64,000 bases of DNA, taken from positions 28,784 through 92,783 of the forward strand of contig JBQMYA010000001.1 of the NCBI GenBank assembly GCA_052173735.1, written 5' to 3'. Positions 58,531 to 64,000 of this stretch are shown here, in pieces (the first letter of the stretch is position 1; each line of letters opens with the position of its first letter). The stretch is from Prevotella sp. (GTDB taxonomy: Bacteria; Bacteroidota; Bacteroidia; Bacteroidales; Bacteroidaceae). The notes under the pieces were generated by a model. It did not search any database and was not told the DNA's origin. It was given only the letters and a program-made list of their open reading frames with translations. The position numbers were made by a program, and so were the translations under genes.

Positions 58531-61500
58531 ATGAAGACGAAATTATTTTTAATTCTGACACTTTTAGGATGGCTTTCGGTTGCTACTGCAATGGCACAAG
58601 AACTGATCGTGAAAGGACTTGTTACTGATAATGCCCACGAACCACTTGTTGGCATTATTGTAAAAAGCAAGATTCAATCGGTGATAACCAATGCTAATGG
58701 TCGCTTTGAACTAAAGGCAAACGAGAACGACGTCCTAACTTTCTCGGGTATTGGATATGTTACAGCAACTCGAAAGGTGAACTCTACCAATGAGATGACT
58801 GTGGTATTAGCTGAGAAAAACGAAAACATCGACGAGGTAATCGTGGTAGGAACAGCGATGAAACGTAGCGATCTTACGGGTTCATTGTCTACAGTAAACT
58901 CTCAAACACTTAATCAAAAGCCTGCAACTTCTATCAATGAAGCCCTACAAGGACGTGTTGCAGGTGTATTTATCACACCAGGTCAAAGCCCATCTGATGG
59001 TGCTGGAATCAAAATTCGTGGTACTAACACCATTAACTCAGGCAGTAATCCTATCTATGTAGTTGATGGTATGGTGATGAACGATGCCTTTAACTTCTTT
59101 AACTCTATCAATCCGAACGATGTTGAGGAGATTCAAGTGCTTAAAGACGCATCTGCGACTGCCCTATATGGCTCTCGTGGAGCTAATGGTGTAGTGGTTA
59201 TCACAACTAAAAAGGCAAAACAAGGTAAAGGACAAATATCTTATGATGGTTGGATTGGCGTGACTACAATGGGTCATCGCCCTGCCACAATGAACACACA
59301 ACAGCTCTACGACTTACGTCTTGAGGCGTTTGCGAACGGCTATATGTATAACAATCCAACAGCAGACCGCCAATCTTATATAGACAATGTATTGCTAAAG
59401 AACAACATGGCATTTGCAGAAGAAGAGCTTGCAGGCTATAATGCAGGTAAAACTTATAACTGGCTCGATCGTGTTTCGCAAACAGGTACCAAGCAAAACC
59501 ATACTCTTAGCTTCTCTAAAGCTACCGAAGGAACCAACCTTTATGTTAGCTTAAACACTACCAACACAAAGGGTGTCATTCTTAATACACACCAAAAAAG
59601 CTACACAGGTCGTGTGAACGCCGATGCAAACATCAATCAATGGGTCAAGATTGGCACTAATACTTCTTTCACATACACTGAAGATAACGTTCCTTCTAAC
59701 AACGTATTCAATAAATCTTTATGGGCAAATCCTATGATTGATTATGCTCCTTACGAGGCAGATGCAACTCGTCACTTAAAGGATTACAGAACACTTTATT
59801 GGAGAGCACATACTGAACAGAACAATAATGACTTCAATCCGTTCAACTCTTTGGAGATTTCTCAAGACAGACAACGCAACTATTTGACTTCAGTTAACTA
59901 CATCAACATCAATCCTTTCAAGGGTTTAAACATACGTTCAACCTTCTCTTTGAACCACACTACACAGGCTTGGTTTGAATATATACCAACAGGTATTCAA
60001 GAAACTGAACGTAACAACAACGGAGATGCATTTGCTAAGCACGAGCGTTGGAGCACCACAACATGGCAATGGGACAACTCCTTGAGCTATGTTACAATGT
60101 GGGACAAACACCGCCTCAACGCTATTTTGGGCACAAGTACAAGTAGAACGATTAACAACTATACCCTTGCAGGTGGCAGTAGATTTGCAAGTAACGACCT
60201 AACTTATCACAAGTTGAGTGGAGCAGCTAACTTAGAGAAGCGTTTAATTGATTCGGATTTCGCTAATAGTAGTCTAGTATCATTCATATCTCGTGTGAAC
60301 TACGACTACGACAACCGCTACTTTGCTACCTTTACTGCACGCTATGATGGTTCATCTAAATTCGGCAAGGGGCACAAATGGGGCTTAATGCCTTCGTTCT
60401 CTCTTGCTTGGAACATGGCAGGAGAGCAGTTTATGCAACCTTATAGCTCTTGGCTTAACAAGTTAAAGATACGTGCTGGATATGGTGTCACAGGTAATCA
60501 AGATATTGAAAACTATGCCTATCTAACACTTTATTACCCTCAAATATCTAATGGAGTGGCTTCTTATCGCACAAGTGGTCGTAGAGGAACACCTGGAATA
60601 ACATGGGAAAAGCAACGACAAACCAACTTTGGACTTGATATTGCAATGTGGAACAACCGCCTTAGCATGAGCATTGATGCCTTCTTCATAACCAACGACG
60701 ATCTTTTAATGAATCACTCTCTTAACAGAACATCTGGTTATACCAACACTTGGGAGAACATCGGTACCATGACTAACCGTGGATTGGAATTCACTGTGAA
60801 TGCAACTCCTATCCAAACTAAAGACTGGCAATGGAATGTTGGTGCGAACTTATCACTCGACCGCAATAAGATTACCCGTCTATATGGTGGTGTTAAGGAG
60901 ATATTGAACGACACTTATCGAGAAGGAAACATCTTCTTAAACAAACCTTTACACACTATTTATACTTATCGCACAGGCGGAATTGCTAACGAAAGCAACC
61001 GCTCTAACTGGGAAGGCGTGAACTATAACGGCAAAACGGTGGCTCTTGGCGACCTATTCCCTGCCGATATTAAGGACGATAAGGTGATTGATCAAAAGGA
61101 TAGAGAGATTGTTGGAACTACAACTCCTAAGTTCTATGGCGGATTCTCTACAGATATTACTTGGAAAGGCTTAACCCTTAACACAGTATTCAACTATTCT
61201 GTTGGAGCAAAAAGAATTAGCTCTTACTACGAAAGCCTCATCAACAGTACTGGTGTAAGCAGTGCTTCAACTGATTTACTCGATCGTTGGACACCTCAAA
61301 ATACAGGTGCTAAATTCCCAAGAGTAATAGATAATGTTACATTATTCAATAGAGTTTCACCCTCTGACCTTGATTTCTCTATCCAAAATGCATCATATCT
61401 AAGACTCTCTACTCTATCATTGAGTTACCAAGTGCCAAGAAGTATCCTCTCATCTATAAAGGTCAACTCATTGAAAGTGTACTTCACAGCATCTAATCTC

Positions 61501-61599
61501 TTCTGCATCACTCCTTATAAAGGCTTTGATCCAGAATTAGGAGATAGCAAATATCCTCCTACAAAGATGTTTGTTTTTGGTCTTAACTTTAGTCTTTAA
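58531..61599 (+). CDS. SusC/RagA-family TonB-dependent outer-membrane transporter (no STN extension)
   Basis: 1022 aa. Signal peptide, carboxypeptidase-regulatory-like start (IVKGLVTDNAHEPLVGIIV), plug (VEEIQVLKDASATALYGSRGANGVVVITTKKA), barrel ending …VFGLNFSL. Confidence 0.92.
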   Translation: MKTKLFLILTLLGWLSVATAMAQELIVKGLVTDNAHEPLVGIIVKSKIQSVITNANGRFELKANENDVLTFSGIGYVTATRKVNSTNEMTVVLAEKNENIDEVIVVGTAMKRSDLTGSLSTVNSQTLNQKPATSINEALQGRVAGVFITPGQSPSDGAGIKIRGTNTINSGSNPIYVVDGMVMNDAFNFFNSINPNDVEEIQVLKDASATALYGSRGANGVVVITTKKAKQGKGQISYDGWIGVTTMGHRPATMNTQQLYDLRLEAFANGYMYNNPTADRQSYIDNVLLKNNMAFAEEELAGYNAGKTYNWLDRVSQTGTKQNHTLSFSKATEGTNLYVSLNTTNTKGVILNTHQKSYTGRVNADANINQWVKIGTNTSFTYTEDNVPSNNVFNKSLWANPMIDYAPYEADATRHLKDYRTLYWRAHTEQNNNDFNPFNSLEISQDRQRNYLTSVNYININPFKGLNIRSTFSLNHTTQAWFEYIPTGIQETERNNNGDAFAKHERWSTTTWQWDNSLSYVTMWDKHRLNAILGTSTSRTINNYTLAGGSRFASNDLTYHKLSGAANLEKRLIDSDFANSSLVSFISRVNYDYDNRYFATFTARYDGSSKFGKGHKWGLMPSFSLAWNMAGEQFMQPYSSWLNKLKIRAGYGVTGNQDIENYAYLTLYYPQISNGVASYRTSGRRGTPGITWEKQRQTNFGLDIAMWNNRLSMSIDAFFITNDDLLMNHSLNRTSGYTNTWENIGTMTNRGLEFTVNATPIQTKDWQWNVGANLSLDRNKITRLYGGVKEILNDTYREGNIFLNKPLHTIYTYRTGGIANESNRSNWEGVNYNGKTVALGDLFPADIKDDKVIDQKDREIVGTTTPKFYGGFSTDITWKGLTLNTVFNYSVGAKRISSYYESLINSTGVSSASTDLLDRWTPQNTGAKFPRVIDNVTLFNRVSPSDLDFSIQNASYLRLSTLSLSYQVPRSILSSIKVNSLKVYFTASNLFCITPYKGFDPELGDSKYPPTKMFVFGLNFSL

Positions 61600-61623
61600 C
61601 CTCATTTTGAATCAATTAGAGTC

Positions 61624-63216
61624 ATGAAAATTAGTATAAAACACATTATAGTGCCGCTATTTACAGGTTGTATCACTCTTTGTACATCTTGTTCAGATTT
61701 TCTTACAGAAGAAAGTTCTACGGCTTTATCTGAAAAAAAGATTTATTCTAATCTCCAATATGCAGAACTTAACCTTGAAAGTATCTACACTCAATGGCGC
61801 AACAACTGCTTTAAAGACGAGCATGTGTGGATGTTCCTCATTGCAACCGACGAGATACAGAGCGGTGCTTATCAAGCTTTAAAGTCGGGAGCACAACGTG
61901 CTGCGATGGAAACTTTCGACGCAAACCTTAACAGTCAGCACGAAAGAATCACCAATGAGTGGAACAATCGCTGGCCATGCGTTACTTCTGCGGCTAAAAT
62001 TATTCACGCATTGAATAACAATGGCTTACAAACAAACAAAGAACAAGCAAAGATTTATGGCGAAGCTTCATTCTTACGTGGTTGTGTAGACTATCAGTTA
62101 GCAATGTATTGGGGACGTATTCCAACCATAGACATGGGCAAAACAGAGGAATTAGGCTATGGACGTCAGTCGCTTAAAGACACGTGGCAGTTTATAATTA
62201 ACGACTTCCAAGAAGCTGCAAAGTATTGTTCTGAAACCCAAAAGCCTGGTCGTGCCACTCGATGGGCAGCCCTTACCATGCTTGGGAAGGCACTTATGTC
62301 GGCTCCAGAAAAAACAGGTTTGCGTGATTTTGCAAAGGCTCAAGAGTGCTTTGATGAAATTATTAAATCGGGAAAGTTCAGACTTAACGAAGACTTTGCA
62401 GACCTTTGGGATTACAATAAGCAAAATACACCAGAGTCGATCTTTGAGTTTCAATTCAAAAATACATATCCCGACAACAATCAAATACAGTTCCAAATAG
62501 GCAGTCGCGCTGCACAAAGCAAGTTTACAGATGCTTGTTACTTTGCAGGATACGACCATGCTGTACCCACTAAATATGCTTCTTCAACCAAAGCAGATGG
62601 CGGTGTGTGGGAAGATGGCGACCTTAGAATGAGCGAAAGCATACGAACCGATTTCACTTGGTTCAATGGTGAGACCCCAACTCTTCAAGGATTGGAATGG
62701 GAAGGACTTGGAAACGATTACGACGAGCTACTTCCGCACATTAAAAAGTATGAAGACTTCCGCACAGATAACCACTCTGGACTTGGTATTAACAACATGT
62801 GGCACTCTGGAAAGAATATTCCTTGGTTGCGTTATGCAGACGTATTACTTCTCAATGCTGAATGTTTAAACGAGCTTGGTCGCACAACCGAAGCCATTAA
62901 CCTCATCAATTCAACCATCAGAACACGTGCTTGGGGTGGTTCTTTGCCTGCTGATAAGCAATGGACAGCAATGAGTAAGGAAGAATTCCGTACACAAATA
63001 ATGGACGAACGCATGCGTGAACTCTTCGGAGAGCAATGGCGACGTATTGATTTAGTGCGCACAGGAAACTTCGAAAAGCTTGTAAAACTACGCAACGAGT
63101 GGTCGAAGCGTTTTGCAACCATACATTCTTATAACACCCTTCTCCCTATTCCTCTCACCGAATTACAACAAAATCCGGACATGAAAGAGACCGATCAAAA
63201 CGAAGGATACAAATAA
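61624..63216 (+). CDS. SusD/RagB-family nutrient-binding outer-membrane lipoprotein
   Basis: 530 aa. Lipobox ITLCTSC and the LRYADVLLLNAECLNELG block. Starts 24 nt after the SusC-like gene. Confidence 0.9.
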   Translation: MKISIKHIIVPLFTGCITLCTSCSDFLTEESSTALSEKKIYSNLQYAELNLESIYTQWRNNCFKDEHVWMFLIATDEIQSGAYQALKSGAQRAAMETFDANLNSQHERITNEWNNRWPCVTSAAKIIHALNNNGLQTNKEQAKIYGEASFLRGCVDYQLAMYWGRIPTIDMGKTEELGYGRQSLKDTWQFIINDFQEAAKYCSETQKPGRATRWAALTMLGKALMSAPEKTGLRDFAKAQECFDEIIKSGKFRLNEDFADLWDYNKQNTPESIFEFQFKNTYPDNNQIQFQIGSRAAQSKFTDACYFAGYDHAVPTKYASSTKADGGVWEDGDLRMSESIRTDFTWFNGETPTLQGLEWEGLGNDYDELLPHIKKYEDFRTDNHSGLGINNMWHSGKNIPWLRYADVLLLNAECLNELGRTTEAINLINSTIRTRAWGGSLPADKQWTAMSKEEFRTQIMDERMRELFGEQWRRIDLVRTGNFEKLVKLRNEWSKRFATIHSYNTLLPIPLTELQQNPDMKETDQNEGYK

Positions 63217-63233
63217 CTTAAAAGCTATAAAAT

Positions 63234-64000
63234 ATGAACTACCGATTACCAATTATGCTTTTAGTTGCAACTCTCTCTTCTACAGAGCTAAAAGCAGCAG
63301 ACAAAGTAGAGAAACCAACCTTCTCTAAGGTTACAATCCCTACCACTTCAAATATGTTTCAGGGCAATCATGCCTTCGCAGATATGAACGCTGACGGTAA
63401 AATGGACTTGCTTGTTAAAGGCAGAAACCTTGATAAGGACTGGAATCCAGAAGCTTTTGCCTTAATAAATACTGGTCAGGCACTCGCTACTAAAATCTCT
63501 TTCAACATCGTAAAGGGATGGCATAAAGTTGTAACTCCTATCGACTACAACAACGATGGCTACCCCGATATGTTGCTCTCTGCATCTTATGGCGCAGAAC
63601 TTTATCGCAACGACATGGGCAAAAAGATGGTGAAAGTAAGTAATTTCAATATCGAAGACCTTGAATTAGATAACGACGACAACAAAGAAATACGCTACAC
63701 TGGCTTGGTTTCTGTTGCAGATTTCAACTCAGATGGCTGGCAAGATATTATTACTTTCGATAAATCTGGCAACCCTGTCCTCTACATTAACAATCAAGGA
63801 ACGGGGGTTTTCACAAAGAAAAACAATTCTGGTTTAGCAGCACAACGCAACGGAACACTTGCAGCTGCCGACTTTAACAACGATGGTTACATCGACTTAG
63901 CGGTGAGCGGATGGAGCGATTCGGCAGGAGGAACTTATCTATCTGTTTATAAAAACAATGGAGATGGAACCTTTACCGACATTAAAGCCGACACAAGTGT
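63234..64000 (+). CDS. FG-GAP/VCBS repeat protein (CRTAC1/ASPIC-UnbV-like), N-terminal part; continues past the right edge
   Basis: Absent from the ORF track because it is open at the window end. My translation from the ATG at 63234: MNYRLPIMLLVATLSSTELKAADK… with repeated D-x-N-x-D-G motifs (ADMNADGKMDLL, IDYNNDGYPDML, ADFNSDGWQDII, ADFNNDGYIDLA). Confidence 0.8.
   Translation, partial: MNYRLPIMLLVATLSSTELKAADKVEKPTFSKVTIPTTSNMFQGNHAFADMNADGKMDLLVKGRNLDKDWNPEAFALINTGQALATKISFNIVKGWHKVVTPIDYNNDGYPDMLLSASYGAELYRNDMGKKMVKVSNFNIEDLELDNDDNKEIRYTGLVSVADFNSDGWQDIITFDKSGNPVLYINNQGTGVFTKKNNSGLAAQRNGTLAAADFNNDGYIDLAVSGWSDSAGGTYLSVYKNNGDGTFTDIKADTS

Overview
This 64-kb window reads as a chromosomal segment of a Bacteroidota genome, most likely a Prevotella-type Bacteroidales organism. 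The pointers are SusC/SusD pairs, TAnnTTTG -7 promoter boxes in front of many genes, AT-leaning composition, and gene neighbourhoods typical of the order. I can support 44 protein-coding genes; the first and last are cut by the window edges. Left to right they are: a Ser-type sulfatase fragment; a small fructan module (GH32 + fructokinase); three tandem FKBP-type prolyl isomerases; a GT-A glycosyltransferase; a YidE/YbjL-type transporter; and an MBOAT O-acyltransferase with its partner. A long, mostly minus-strand housekeeping run follows: P1B-type metal ATPase, WbqC-like protein, degenerate S26 protein, LepB, DapB, EnvC-like degenerate M23 protein, lipoprotein, TPR protein, Dut, AraC regulator, GH95 fucosidase, GyrB, M15 dipeptidase, DAACS symporter, flavodiiron protein, PfkB kinase, YbeY, CoaD, RuvB. 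Next is an atypical SusC/SusD locus with thioredoxin-like and M16 peptidase genes, then DUF2851, a thioesterase, DprA, DusB and a DEAD-box helicase, and finally a second SusC/SusD pair followed by an FG-GAP repeat protein. I saw no rRNA, tRNA, CRISPR array, integrase, transposase, phage or recognisable defence genes. The most unusual signal is non-coding. About a tenth of the window lies in intergenic gaps longer than 300 bp. Nine intergenic gaps carry ten ~88-bp blocks, each made of four (once five) head-to-tail 22-bp quasi-palindromic units (consensus YAAWAGCANTGMKTTTRCANNN; 41 units, each block in exact 22-bp register). These blocks are often flanked by strand-skewed purine/pyrimidine tracts that share further short words. 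I do not recognise this as a described element family. Its function is unknown, and everything beyond the pattern itself is inference.
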